A DNA stretch of 43,526 nucleotides from Bacteroidota bacterium (GTDB taxonomy: Bacteria; Bacteroidota; Bacteroidia; Bacteroidales; CG2-30-32-10): NCBI GenBank assembly GCA_043801235.1, contig JAZDMF010000312.1, positions 1 through 43,526 on the forward strand. Direction: 5' to 3'. Shown here one piece after another: positions 27,483-37,652 of this stretch. The position numbers were made by a program, and so were the translations under genes. A model generated the notes under the pieces. That model did not search any database, had not been told where the DNA came from, and saw nothing but the letters and a program-made list of their open reading frames with translations. The stretch's first letter is position 1. Each line of letters opens with the position of its first letter.

Positions 27483-28832
27483 TTATTTCAATAATTTTTC
27501 AAGTTTTGATTTTGCCTCCGTTAGACTAATGATAGAGGTATATAAGTCAGTCTGTGCCTGAAGATATTGGTTTTGTGCAAGAGTTAATTCCAGGCTTCCA
27601 ATAATTCCCTCTTTGTATTTAATAATATTTTTATTATAAATTTTTTGAGCAAGAATTACATTCTCCTTTTTTGTAAGATAATTATTCATATAAGTAATAA
27701 AATTTGATTGTGCATTGCTGAACGTAGTCTGAAGTCCAAGTGAGACCTGCTCTTTGGAATTCCCTGCTTTTTCCAGTGCAATTTTAGCTTGTCTGATCTT
27801 AGCTTTTTTCATACCGCTACTGAAAATGGGAATGTTCATGCTGACACCAATTAAATTGGGAGGAGTAAACGAAAATGAGCTTTCATTAAAATTTTCCTGA
27901 TGTGTATAAAAAGCTGCTATATCAGGCAGCAATGATGATTTTTGAAGTTTCAAATTTAATTTAGATAATTGTTCCTGTGTTTCCATCAATTTATAATCAA
28001 TATTATTTTCGACTTTAAAATCTTTAATAGCTAGTCCTGCCAAATCGGTTGAAGTTAATAAGATATTCAGGTCATCTGTAAGAATAACAATATTCGAAAG
28101 TTCAATTCCCATCTGGAATTTCAAAAGATTTTTCGCAACCTCAAGTTGCCGGGTAATCATATCCAGTACATTTTTAAGGGTACTCACTGTTAACTGCATC
28201 TGGTCAACATCGGTTTCTTCAACAAATCCCTGTGTATATGTGCTTTTGATATAATTAAGGATTTTCGCTGTATTTGAATAGGTGGTATCTAAAATGTTTT
28301 TATTTTCCTGTGCGATTAAAACAAGGTAGTAAGCATTGGATACCTGTTCCTCAACATCATTTTGGGATTTTACAACACCGACTTCTGAAAGTTGTTTATA
28401 AACTTTTGCCGTTTGCAATCCCACCAAATATGAACCGCTGAACAAAAGTTGTGTGGCTGTAATATCATAAGTGAGTCCCCAGCGCATATCTTTTATTAGA
28501 CTATCCATTAGGGTTGTTTGAACTGAAGGCGGAAATGAAGAAAAACCAGGAATCATTGATCCAACAAATTCTTCAATTGTGGAAGAAATTGTAAGTTGAT
28601 AGGAATAATTTAATGTTGAGCTAATTTGAGGAAGTCCGATAGCAGTAGTTTCCCATATTTTCTTTTTAGCACTCTCAATATCGAGATAGGCATTTTTTAC
28701 AAGCGGACTATTTCCAAAGGCATAATCCTGTGCCTGCTTTAGAGTAAAGTATAATGTAGTATCCTTTTTGTTTTGTGCAAACGAACCATAAACAAATAGG
28801 CACGATAGAATAAAAATACTGATTCTTTTCAT
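27483..28832 (-). CDS. TolC-family outer-membrane efflux protein
   Basis: Signal peptide, two tandem OEP repeats, typical start (LTLKQAQDYAFGNSPLVKNA). Confidence 0.88.
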   Translation of the reverse strand: MKRISIFILSCLFVYGSFAQNKKDTTLYFTLKQAQDYAFGNSPLVKNAYLDIESAKKKIWETTAIGLPQISSTLNYSYQLTISSTIEEFVGSMIPGFSSFPPSVQTTLMDSLIKDMRWGLTYDITATQLLFSGSYLVGLQTAKVYKQLSEVGVVKSQNDVEEQVSNAYYLVLIAQENKNILDTTYSNTAKILNYIKSTYTQGFVEETDVDQMQLTVSTLKNVLDMITRQLEVAKNLLKFQMGIELSNIVILTDDLNILLTSTDLAGLAIKDFKVENNIDYKLMETQEQLSKLNLKLQKSSLLPDIAAFYTHQENFNESSFSFTPPNLIGVSMNIPIFSSGMKKAKIRQAKIALEKAGNSKEQVSLGLQTTFSNAQSNFITYMNNYLTKKENVILAQKIYNKNIIKYKEGIIGSLELTLAQNQYLQAQTDLYTSIISLTEAKSKLEKLLK

Positions 28833-28840
28833 ATAGGTAA

Positions 28841-29446
28841 TTATTGTAATTTATCAATATTGAGTTTCTTTTCCAGATATTCAATGCCTTTTTTATTGGC
28901 AATACCCCTGATATGATAAATAAATATTTCTTTGAAAATACTTTCAAACGAAAACTTCTTTTCTTCCATCATTTCGAACAACTGCGACATTTCAACACGG
29001 AAAAGATAAAGGTGTGCAATGATATCAACATCCAGGCCGGTTCTGTACAATCCTTCCTTGATGCCCTGTATCATGTTTCCCTTGATCTGTTCAAAAATAT
29101 GATCTCTCCGGCTCATGACTATTTTTGTCCAGATGTCCGGATAATACTTCTGAAGGTCATAAGTGACAGAAGGGTTTGCCTGTTTCAGCATTTGTGTCAG
29201 AACCCGGCTCATGTGAAGCAGGTTCTCAATGGCATTGCTTGAATCATTCTGCGATTTGTCAATAGCCTTATGCAGCATGTTCAAGTTGTTCTCAATTACT
29301 TTTTGCACCAGTTCATCTTTGTCCCTGAAATGCAGATACAATGTTTTTTTTGAAATTCCGAGTTCCCTGGCTACATCATCCATTGTAACACTTCGGATTC
29401 CGTATTTCATGTATAACTGGGTTACTTTTAAAATAATATCTTCCAT
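28841..29446 (-). CDS. TetR/AcrR-family transcriptional repressor
   Basis: N-terminal HTH GIRSVTMDDVARELGISKKTLYLHFRDKDELV. 8 nt upstream of tolC. The track start at 29497 is a TTG, so I use the ATG at 29446. Confidence 0.88.
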   Translation of the reverse strand: MEDIILKVTQLYMKYGIRSVTMDDVARELGISKKTLYLHFRDKDELVQKVIENNLNMLHKAIDKSQNDSSNAIENLLHMSRVLTQMLKQANPSVTYDLQKYYPDIWTKIVMSRRDHIFEQIKGNMIQGIKEGLYRTGLDVDIIAHLYLFRVEMSQLFEMMEEKKFSFESIFKEIFIYHIRGIANKKGIEYLEKKLNIDKLQ

Positions 29447-29647
29447 AATAATATGATTTTCGCCTGCAAAAATAAAAAGTAAAAACTCAGGAAACAAAAA
29501 AAATATTAAAAGTTTTCGAAGTTTATTTTCTTTATTTTACTGGATGGAATCAATGATTTATCGGTATTTTCTTTATGTAAGTGAAAATATTAATATTTTT
29601 TGGATTCATAAATATGTTCATTTTATTAAATATTTCGGTTTCATTTC

Positions 29648-29803
29648 ATGGCAAGGAACTGCGACATCAAGCAAAGAACCATTAAAGCAGCAAAAGACCT
29701 TTTTTTTCAGCAGGGTTATTCGAAAGTTTCAGTTGAAGACATTATAAAAAAGGCCGGAATCAGCAAGAAAACATTGTACAGATATTTTATCAGCAAATTA
29801 TGA
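29648..29803 (+). pseudogene. TetR-family N-terminal HTH fragment (51 codons), truncated remnant
   Basis: Not in the ORF track because it is under 60 aa. Translation MARNCDIKQRTIKAAKDLFFQQGYSKVSVEDIIKKAGISKKTLYRYFISKL-stop is a canonical TetR HTH with no ligand-binding domain downstream. Confidence 0.7.
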
Positions 29804-30064
29804 AGGAATTTTGACTGAAGAAGCAAAGAAAAGCTACCTTTCGAATCAACAATAAAATTTATTTCTTCCTGTGGTATTACATTTCCTTTTTTCCCTTACT
29901 AAAAGATTTATAAAATTTTATCTGTACTTAAACCGATAAATGTCTATAATATTTTATTGTTAGTACATCTAAGGTTGTCGTAGGTGTAATATTCCTTGCT
30001 TTTCATAGAGATTAGTTGACTTTAAGGATAAAATTTTGTACATTGTGAACAGAAAGCCGGAGCT

Positions 30065-31960
30065 ATGAGATCATACTTTTACTCTATATCATTCAAAACA
30101 GGAATATCCATAATCACACTTTTGCTGGTTATGAATTTTTCTGTTCTGGCTGAGGGAACAAAAGAATTCCGCCCCGATTCTGCTTATTACGGAAACATGC
30201 AAATTAATGACTTAGGCCGCCCTTTTGCATTAGAATCCAATACAGATTCTTTATACCGCTTGTATTTTCATATTAAGGATCACACAAAAGAGTATGTTTA
30301 TGTAGGGTTTAAACATATTAATGTGTCTGGAGAAACAGCAACATGGAGAATAAAGGACCCTAATGGAAATGTTGTCAGAAACCGTGCAAGTATTCCGGTA
30401 TCCGGAAGCGGATACATTAAATATTACTCACAAGCTGTTGTTGGTCCCAGGATTTCCCTTCTACCTGCAAATGGATATCAACCCTTAGTATTTGATCCTG
30501 TCATGAACGGTGACTTTTATATTGAGTTTACCACAACATTGCAAGGAACATCAACCGCATATCATTTCGATTTATTCGACCTCACTGTAGCGACTACAAC
30601 TACAAACAGAATCAAGGGTCGTCTATGGTCATACTGCTGGGATTTAAATACCCGGAGTTATACCAACAGGTGCTGGAGCAAATTCTATAGTTATTCAACT
30701 GATGGATTTGTGACCCAGTTTGACATGAATGGAATTCAGCCATACGGATTCACTGTTGCATGTAATAATTCAGGGCCAACTCCTACAGAAAGAAAATCGG
30801 TTAATGGCAATTCAACAAGGCCACAATATAAAGTATTTTTAAATGATCCTGATCCAATAGTTTACCCGTCAGGAGAAATTCCAATTATTTTACAGAATTT
30901 AGTACTTGTTGACACACCTTTTGTGGGGCAACCAGCCAAATTTGCTCTTAAAATGAGCCAATCCGGAACGGTTGAAATGGTCATAGAATTAAATGGTACT
31001 CCTGGTTATCAACCGAACACGGAAGATATTATTATTATTAAAGATGTTGTGGCTAACCAATCAGATACAATTGTATGGGATGGGATTGATGGTCTTGGCC
31101 ATCAGGTTGATGCTGATGGAATTGTAGTTTCGTCAGCTGATTTTTATTCCGGTATTACCCATTTTCCATTGTATGACCCTGAAACAAACGACCAGGGTTA
31201 TATTGTTAACAGAATACGACCTGTTGCCGGCCCATGTAAAATATATTGGGATGATTCAGATTTTTCTGGCGGAACCACTAATGTTGAAGGGCAGTACGGC
31301 CCCGCACATACCTGGCCTTATTTCTTTGGCGATGTAAGAACCATGAATACATGGTGGGATGGATACAGAATTGATACCATGGCACGATTTACCTGGAATT
31401 TTAAAGACGATCCTATGCCCATTGAATTGCTTTCATTCAATGCCAAAGAAAAAGATGATAATGTAATATTAAACTGGTCAACAGCATCAGAAGTTAATAA
31501 TGACTTTTTTACAATTGAAAATTCAGAAAATGGAATTGATTTTAATACCATCGGTTATATTGAAGGCTCAGGAAATTCAAACAGCGTTCTCGATTATAAT
31601 TTCGTTGATGAAAATCCTTATAAAATATCTTTCTACAGACTGAAGCAGACCGATTATGACGGCGGGTATACTTATTCGCAAATAATTAAAGTATCGCTGA
31701 ATGAAACATCAAATGGTGAAATAATTATTATTGCCGCTAATGGTGAAATTAAAGTTATGACCAGCGATACAGAAAACGGACAGTTGCAGGTAAATGTTTA
31801 TACATTGAGCGGCACCTTATTATTTATTAATTCCATCAATGTAGAAGATGGCAGCAACACCATCAAAATAAAACCTGATATTGAAGGAAATTCAATTTAT
31901 TTGGTAAGTGTAAGCCTGAACGGCCAGCAACCTGTGAATACGAAGGTTTACATGAACTGA
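30065..31960 (+). CDS. secreted protein of unknown function with a T9SS C-terminal sorting domain
   Basis: Signal peptide. About 450-aa N-terminal region with no motif I recognise. Conserved beta-sandwich module PIELLSFNA...LNWSTASEVNNDFFTIE.S.NG.DF..IG...G.GNS...Y.F.DENP....FYRLKQTDYDG. Terminal ~90 aa (LQVNVYTLSG...YLVSVSLNG...TKVYMN) look like a type-A T9SS CTD. Confidence 0.8.
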   Translation: MRSYFYSISFKTGISIITLLLVMNFSVLAEGTKEFRPDSAYYGNMQINDLGRPFALESNTDSLYRLYFHIKDHTKEYVYVGFKHINVSGETATWRIKDPNGNVVRNRASIPVSGSGYIKYYSQAVVGPRISLLPANGYQPLVFDPVMNGDFYIEFTTTLQGTSTAYHFDLFDLTVATTTTNRIKGRLWSYCWDLNTRSYTNRCWSKFYSYSTDGFVTQFDMNGIQPYGFTVACNNSGPTPTERKSVNGNSTRPQYKVFLNDPDPIVYPSGEIPIILQNLVLVDTPFVGQPAKFALKMSQSGTVEMVIELNGTPGYQPNTEDIIIIKDVVANQSDTIVWDGIDGLGHQVDADGIVVSSADFYSGITHFPLYDPETNDQGYIVNRIRPVAGPCKIYWDDSDFSGGTTNVEGQYGPAHTWPYFFGDVRTMNTWWDGYRIDTMARFTWNFKDDPMPIELLSFNAKEKDDNVILNWSTASEVNNDFFTIENSENGIDFNTIGYIEGSGNSNSVLDYNFVDENPYKISFYRLKQTDYDGGYTYSQIIKVSLNETSNGEIIIIAANGEIKVMTSDTENGQLQVNVYTLSGTLLFINSINVEDGSNTIKIKPDIEGNSIYLVSVSLNGQQPVNTKVYMN

Positions 31961-31985
31961 TTAATTAAGGGGTAAGCAAGAAAAA

Positions 31986-32016
31986 CGCTCCGGAGGTCCG
32001 GGGCGTTTTTCTTTTT
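31986..32016 (+). terminator. Rho-independent terminator after the T9SS cargo gene
   Basis: 8-bp GC-rich stem CGCTCCGG / CCGGGGCG with one G-U pair, AGGT loop, then TTTTTCTTTTT. Confidence 0.8.
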
Positions 32017-32058
32017 GTCATAAGAACAAAATATTGTTCTTTTGCAAAAAAATGAGAC

Positions 32059-33465
32059 ATGGATCATTTCAGAAGAAACAAAATCAGTGAGCTGTTAAAG
32101 TTTCCCGAAAAATCAGGTATAGGGAGTGCCGTTACTGTAAAAGGCTGGGTCCGTACAAAAAGAGGGAATAAAAATGTAATATTTATTGCTTTGAATGATG
32201 GTTCCATAATTCATAATATCCAGGTTGTAGTTGATCCGGCTGGTTTTGATGATTCCTTGCTGAAAACTATAAATACTGGAGCATGTATTGGCGTTACAGG
32301 AAAACTTGTTGAATCGCAGGGCTCGGGTCAGAAAGTTGAAATTCATGCAGCATCCATTGAATTGTACGGAGCTGCCGATCAGGAAACATTTCCTTTGCAA
32401 AAGAAAGGGCATACTCTTGAATTTCTGAGGGAGATTGCTCATCTGCGTCCACGGACAAATACTTTCGGGGCAGTGCTGAGGATAAGACATGCTATGGCTT
32501 ATGCTATTCACAAATATTATAATGATAATGGTTTTTATTACCTGCATACGCCTATTGTTACAGGTTCCGACTGTGAGGGTGCAGGAGCAATGTTTCATGT
32601 TACAACCTTCGATCTGAATAATATTCCCAGAACACCTGATGGATTTATAGATTATTCAAAGGATTTTTTTGGTAAAGAAACCAGTCTTACTGTTTCCGGG
32701 CAGCTTGAAGGCGAACTCGGTGCTATGGCCCTGTCGCTTATTTATACCTTCGGGCCAACGTTCAGGGCAGAAAATTCAAATACGCCACGGCATCTTGCTG
32801 AATTCTGGATGATAGAACCCGAAATGGCTTTCTATGATATTCATGACAATATGGATCTGGCTGAAGATTTTGTGAAATACCTTATTAATTATGCCCTTGA
32901 AAACTGCATCGATGATCTGGAATTTCTAAATAATATGTACGACAAGGAGCTGATAGATCGCCTGAAATCAATTGTAGGTAATACTTTTGAAAGAATTACT
33001 TATACTGCTGCTGTCGACATACTTGGAAAATCAGGGCAGAAATTTGAATTTCCAACTTACTGGGGAAGCGATCTTCAGGCTGAGCATGAACGCTACCTTG
33101 TTGAAAAACATTTTAAGAAGCCTGTAATCATTACTGACTATCCAAGAGATATCAAAGCATTTTACATGAAGCAGAATGACGACGAAAAGACTGTGAGAGG
33201 CATGGATGTGTTATTTCCAAGGATAGGAGAGATTATTGGCGGATCACAAAGGGAGGAAAATTATGAGAAGTTACTTAAACGTATTCAGGAAATGAAATTA
33301 CCAGAAAAGGATATGTGGTGGTATCTGGAAACACGAAAATTCGGTACTGCCCCGCATAGCGGATTCGGCCTGGGTTTTGAACGTCTTATACTTTTTGTAA
33401 CGGGAATGGCGAACATCAGAGATGTTATACCATTTCCCCGTACACCCCAGAACGCAGAATTTTAG
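32059..33465 (+). CDS. asnS: asparagine--tRNA ligase
   Basis: Class IIb motifs [21 protein letters not shown] and [10 protein letters not shown]-terminal OB fold, 468 aa. Confidence 0.95.
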   Translation: MDHFRRNKISELLKFPEKSGIGSAVTVKGWVRTKRGNKNVIFIALNDGSIIHNIQVVVDPAGFDDSLLKTINTGACIGVTGKLVESQGSGQKVEIHAASIELYGAADQETFPLQKKGHTLEFLREIAHLRPRTNTFGAVLRIRHAMAYAIHKYYNDNGFYYLHTPIVTGSDCEGAGAMFHVTTFDLNNIPRTPDGFIDYSKDFFGKETSLTVSGQLEGELGAMALSLIYTFGPTFRAENSNTPRHLAEFWMIEPEMAFYDIHDNMDLAEDFVKYLINYALENCIDDLEFLNNMYDKELIDRLKSIVGNTFERITYTAAVDILGKSGQKFEFPTYWGSDLQAEHERYLVEKHFKKPVIITDYPRDIKAFYMKQNDDEKTVRGMDVLFPRIGEIIGGSQREENYEKLLKRIQEMKLPEKDMWWYLETRKFGTAPHSGFGLGFERLILFVTGMANIRDVIPFPRTPQNAEF

Positions 33466-33552
33466 TGAGAAAAATTTAATAAATATTTCTTGCATTCATG
33501 ATCAAAATGAAGTAAATTGCAGGGAATTCAGGAAAATGATTTTTTATTCTTT

Positions 33553-35034
33553 ATGCTAAATCAGAAATTACAACAAAAACTTCTTCAGAAGTTATCGCCG
33601 CAGCAAATACAGCTTATGAAACTGCTGCAGGTGCCTACGATTGCTCTGGAGCAACGAATTAAACAGGAAATTGAAGAAAACCCTGCGCTGGAAGAAGGCG
33701 CTGACGATGACGAAAATGAAAACGAAAATCCCGAGGATGAAATAAGAAACGAATATGACAACGATGATGAAGGGCAGGATTCCGAAAAAAATGAAGATGA
33801 TGAATTCGTATTATCCGATTATATTGATGATGATGAAACCCCTGCATATAAGCTTGTAGCGAACAATACCAGCCTTGATGACGAAAGGAAGGACATTCCT
33901 TATGCTTCCGGTATCACATTTCATGAGCAGCTGATTACCCAATTAGGGCTTCGTGTTCTGGAAAACAAGGAATACCAGATAGCGTTGCATATTATCGGCA
34001 ATCTTGACGATTCAGGTTATTTGCAGCGGGATATTAACGCAATGGTTGATGACCTTGCGTTTGCACAGAACATTTCAACCACTCCGGCTGAGATTAAACA
34101 TTTACTTGAGGAAATACAGCAATTCGATCCGCCCGGCGTGGGTGCACGAAATTTGCAGGAATGCTTGCTTTTGCAGCTGAAAAGGATATCGCCCCTAACG
34201 GAAATTATTTTAATGGCCATCGAAATCATTGATAAGTATTTTGATGATTTTACAAAAAAGCATTACGATAAAATCGAGAAAAAAGCAGGCATCACAGAAG
34301 ATAAAATGAGAAATGCCGTTGGTGAAATTTTAAAACTTAACCCTAAACCCGGCAATACTTACATTGAGCATTCCCGTGTACAGCAATATATTGTTCCCGA
34401 CTTTATCGTTTCAAATAATAACGGGCAACTCGAACTGTTTTTGAATTCGCGCAATGCTCCCGAATTAAAAGTGAGCAGAACCTATCAGGAAATGCTCGAA
34501 ACCTATGCAAAATCGAAAGAAAAAAGCAGTACGCAGAAAGAAGCCCTTGTTTTTGTTAAACAGAAAATCGACTCGGCAAAATGGTTCATCGATGCAATAC
34601 GGCAACGCCAGGATACGCTGTATCAAACCATGAATACGATTCTTGAATATCAGAAAGAATATTTTCTGGAAGGAGATGAAACATTGATAAAGCCAATGAT
34701 TCTGAAAGATATTGCCGAAAAGGTTAACCTGGATATCAGCACCATTTCAAGGGTGGCAAACAGCAAATATGTCCAAACTGTTTTCGGCACTTTTCCGCTG
34801 AAAAGCTTTTTTTCCGAATCCATGTCAACGGATTCAGGTGAAGAGGTATCAACACGTGAAGTTAAAAAAATCCTGCAGGATTGCATCGGTTCTGAAAGCA
34901 AGAAAAAACCGCTTACCGATGATGAACTGGCAAAAATTCTGAACGACAAGGGATACAATATTGCCCGTCGCACTATTGCCAAATACCGTGAGCAGCTTAA
35001 TATTTCAGTGGCCCGGCTGCGTAAAGAAATCTGA
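33553..35034 (+). CDS. rpoN: RNA polymerase sigma-54 factor
   Basis: N-terminal Gln/Leu-rich region I (LQQKLLQKLSPQQIQLMKLLQ), acidic region II, RpoN box ARRTIAKYRE. The track start at 33517 is a TTG, so I use the ATG at 33553. Confidence 0.93.
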   Translation: MLNQKLQQKLLQKLSPQQIQLMKLLQVPTIALEQRIKQEIEENPALEEGADDDENENENPEDEIRNEYDNDDEGQDSEKNEDDEFVLSDYIDDDETPAYKLVANNTSLDDERKDIPYASGITFHEQLITQLGLRVLENKEYQIALHIIGNLDDSGYLQRDINAMVDDLAFAQNISTTPAEIKHLLEEIQQFDPPGVGARNLQECLLLQLKRISPLTEIILMAIEIIDKYFDDFTKKHYDKIEKKAGITEDKMRNAVGEILKLNPKPGNTYIEHSRVQQYIVPDFIVSNNNGQLELFLNSRNAPELKVSRTYQEMLETYAKSKEKSSTQKEALVFVKQKIDSAKWFIDAIRQRQDTLYQTMNTILEYQKEYFLEGDETLIKPMILKDIAEKVNLDISTISRVANSKYVQTVFGTFPLKSFFSESMSTDSGEEVSTREVKKILQDCIGSESKKKPLTDDELAKILNDKGYNIARRTIAKYREQLNISVARLRKEI

Positions 35035-35040
35035 TAAGGA

Positions 35041-35652
35041 ATGGAAACCCGCCTGACAAAAATTATATCTTTTCTTTTTCATCCTGTATTTGTACCTGTT
35101 TACGGACTCCTGCTGCTTTTTAACATGAAGTCGCATTTTTCTTTCGGGCTTATTCTGAAAGCACGGCTTCTTATACTTTCTTTTGTTTTCGTAACCACGG
35201 TTTTATTTCCTTTACTGATAGCGGCATTAATGAAACGCCAAGGTTTTATTGAAAGCTATCAGATGAAAAGCCGCGAAGAACGAAGGTTTCCCTATCTTAT
35301 AACAGCGGTTTTTTATTTTGTAACCTACCAGATGCTCCGCCAGATGCAGCTTCCCGAAATATATTCTTTTTATTTTATGGGAGCCACATTACTGCTGGCT
35401 ATGGTCGTGATCATTAATATCTGGTGGAAAATAAGCATTCATATGGTGGGACTGGGTGGTATTTCCGGAATGCTTTGCGGACTGGCATTGGCTCTTTCCT
35501 GCGATATGACTTTTTTGATTTCTTCGGTTTTTCTTATCAGCGGGATCGTGGGATATGCCCGCCTGAAATCAGAAACCCACAAGCCGTCCGAAGTGTATTG
35601 CGGATTCCTCGCGGGTTTTGTCATTATGATTGGCTTGTATCTGTTAGTTTAG
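35041..35652 (+). CDS. polytopic membrane protein, possibly a PAP2-superfamily relative
   Basis: About 6 TM segments. SIHMVG and ARLKSETHKPSE weakly resemble the PAP2 PSGH and SRx5Hx3D motifs. 6 nt downstream of rpoN. Confidence 0.5.
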   Translation: METRLTKIISFLFHPVFVPVYGLLLLFNMKSHFSFGLILKARLLILSFVFVTTVLFPLLIAALMKRQGFIESYQMKSREERRFPYLITAVFYFVTYQMLRQMQLPEIYSFYFMGATLLLAMVVIINIWWKISIHMVGLGGISGMLCGLALALSCDMTFLISSVFLISGIVGYARLKSETHKPSEVYCGFLAGFVIMIGLYLLV

Positions 35653-36416
35653 AGCAGCGCTAATGCTATGCCAACAGAAATCGGGTACATTTCCACTCCC
35701 TTGCCGGCCTTGAAAATTTTTGAAAGTGAATAATAACCGAATACTCCATACATGCCGTAGTTGAACCGGACAGTAGCTCCGTATCTTAAAGTTTCAATAT
35801 TAAATATTTTGTATACTTTAATCTTAATATCAGCTTCTCCCAAATCAGGGTCATTAATAATATTGCTTTCATACTTAGTTCCTCTATATTTTGTGTGCCC
35901 GTTGATTAAGTAACCTGCCTTAAAACCCAAAGCAAATTTTATGGCTTTTCCTTTTTTGTTTTCAGAACTGTACTTGAATTCTACAGGAACATCGAAATAA
36001 GTAAGGCTTAATTTATTTACATCATACTCAATTTTTTTATTAAACGCATTTCCTGGAATTCGTTCGAAAATAGTATTTCCTGTATACACATCTGTGGCCG
36101 ATGCAGAATCAAACTTTATTTCTTTAATAGGATAGGCATCACTATGAAGGTTATGAGAGCCAATACCGAACCCGATTTTAAAGCTGAATTTACTTTTGCC
36201 CAATGGAATATTATACATGAAATAAGCAGCAAAACCCGGATTGAAGGAGTTCACAGTAAGACTTGAATCGGCGCCCTGCCACATATCGGAATACAGGTTC
36301 AGGATTATTTTTTCTCCCTTGCCCATGGATAATCCTTTTGGAGAATCCTGTGCAATAATAGAACCGAATGTAAAAAATGATAGTACTAAAAGGATGAATG
36401 TTTTTTTCATATGCAT
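35649..36416 (-). CDS. outer-membrane beta-barrel protein (porin-family-like)
   Basis: Signal peptide MKKTFILLVLSFFTFGSIIAQ and alternating beta-strand pattern throughout. A second ATG lies at 36410. Confidence 0.6.
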   Translation of the reverse strand: MHMKKTFILLVLSFFTFGSIIAQDSPKGLSMGKGEKIILNLYSDMWQGADSSLTVNSFNPGFAAYFMYNIPLGKSKFSFKIGFGIGSHNLHSDAYPIKEIKFDSASATDVYTGNTIFERIPGNAFNKKIEYDVNKLSLTYFDVPVEFKYSSENKKGKAIKFALGFKAGYLINGHTKYRGTKYESNIINDPDLGEADIKIKVYKIFNIETLRYGATVRFNYGMYGVFGYYSLSKIFKAGKGVEMYPISVGIALALL

Positions 36417-36434
36417 TATTTTTATTTTTTTTTA

Positions 36435-36442
36435 CAAATATA
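36435..36442 (-). promoter_or_regulatory. candidate -7 box (TATATTTG) upstream of the beta-barrel gene
   Basis: TAnnTTTG match on the minus strand, 18 nt upstream of the ATG at 36416. Confidence 0.3.
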
Positions 36443-36470
36443 ATATTTTTTCTGCGGATACTCCACCCAT

Positions 36471-37652
36471 TCATTTTTCGATAAAATGATGTTTTTTATA
36501 ATAAGGCAAGGTGAAAAGAAAAAAATATGCAAGGCCCATAGTATTGATAATCGAACCAAGTATGAATGAGTTGGCAAGTCCTATGGTGTCGGAAATATAA
36601 CCTATAACGAACATTCCCGTTCCAATGCCCAGGTCATAAGCAGTAAATAATGTGGAATTTGCAACACCGCGTCTTTCTTTCTCAACCAGATTATTAGTAA
36701 TTGCCTGCGAAGTCGGGAAAATAATTCCCACTCCCATGCCCAGTATGAATGCCGACAGAAAATATCCAATAAGGGTTTTTACCAGCGCCAGAACAGGAAA
36801 TCCGGCAATAAGCAATATTATCCCAAGCGGAACAATAAGGGATGGGCCGTATTTGTCAAAAATTTTTCCGGAAGTCATACGCGATATTAATACACCAGCG
36901 GCAAATGAAATAAAAAAGTTGCCCGGATAATCAACACCTATTTCTTTCCCGTACAAAGTGATGAATGAAATCAATCCGCCGTAAGAAATCATCAGAATAA
37001 ATATATTCAGCGAAAGCACGAAGGATCTTTTCTCAAAAAGCGATGCTATTGAAAACGACGGAGTTGCTTTATTTGCATGCGTTCCAGGATATGTGACGAA
37101 CATAGCCAGAATAACACCGGCCATCCCCAGCAACATGCTTGAAATGAACAGGGCATCATAATTCATTGATTTTCCTACAATGATGACAGCAAGAAAAGGC
37201 CCCAGCGCCATGGAAATGGTCATGGCAAGACCATAGTAACCCAGTCCTTCCCCCCTTCGCTGATACGGAACAATATCAACTATAATGGTTGAACTTGTTG
37301 TTGTGGTTATTCCCCACATCAGCCCGTGGGCAAAACGTAGCAAAAGAAAAAACACAAATGTGCCTGCTATGGCGTAACCTCCGAACATAAGTGAAAATAT
37401 GAAAAATGAAATAAGGTAAATCATTTTTCTTCCGTATCGGTCAATGGCATAGCCTGTAACCGGACGAATCAATAATGCAGAAACAGTATAAATTGAAAGA
37501 ATAATTCCGATATCGGTATTATCGGCTTTTAGTAAACAGGCAAGGTAACCGGGCAGTGTAGGTATAAGAAAATAAAATGCAACCGAAAGGAAAAGTGCAA
37601 CAATGCACATCAGGATAAAATCTTTAGTCCAAATTTTCTGGCTGTTTTCCAT
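36471..37652 (-). CDS. MFS transporter
   Basis: 12 predicted TM segments and MFS motif A GYAIDRYGRKMI between TM2 and TM3. The track start at 37664 is a TTG, so I use the ATG at 37652. Confidence 0.85.
   Translation of the reverse strand: MENSQKIWTKDFILMCIVALFLSVAFYFLIPTLPGYLACLLKADNTDIGIILSIYTVSALLIRPVTGYAIDRYGRKMIYLISFFIFSLMFGGYAIAGTFVFFLLLRFAHGLMWGITTTTSSTIIVDIVPYQRRGEGLGYYGLAMTISMALGPFLAVIIVGKSMNYDALFISSMLLGMAGVILAMFVTYPGTHANKATPSFSIASLFEKRSFVLSLNIFILMISYGGLISFITLYGKEIGVDYPGNFFISFAAGVLISRMTSGKIFDKYGPSLIVPLGIILLIAGFPVLALVKTLIGYFLSAFILGMGVGIIFPTSQAITNNLVEKERRGVANSTLFTAYDLGIGTGMFVIGYISDTIGLANSFILGSIINTMGLAYFFLFTLPYYKKHHFIEK

Noticed and set aside
29584-29599. Perfect 16-bp palindrome AAAATATTAATATTTT upstream of tetR as a possible TetR operator
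   Set aside because: It is composed only of A/T in an AT-rich promoter gap, so such palindromes are expected by chance. It could not be supported without a second copy or conservation.
29544-29747. 67-aa plus-strand ORF in the track
   Set aside because: It is in a different frame from the TetR HTH fragment. Its translation (…WQGTATSSKEPLKQQKTFFF…) is an out-of-frame reading of that fragment plus AT-rich promoter DNA.
35649-35652. 4-nt tail-to-tail overlap of the convergent membrane-protein and beta-barrel genes, with no terminator between them
   Set aside because: It is real but unremarkable. Compact convergent ends are common and carry no further signal here.
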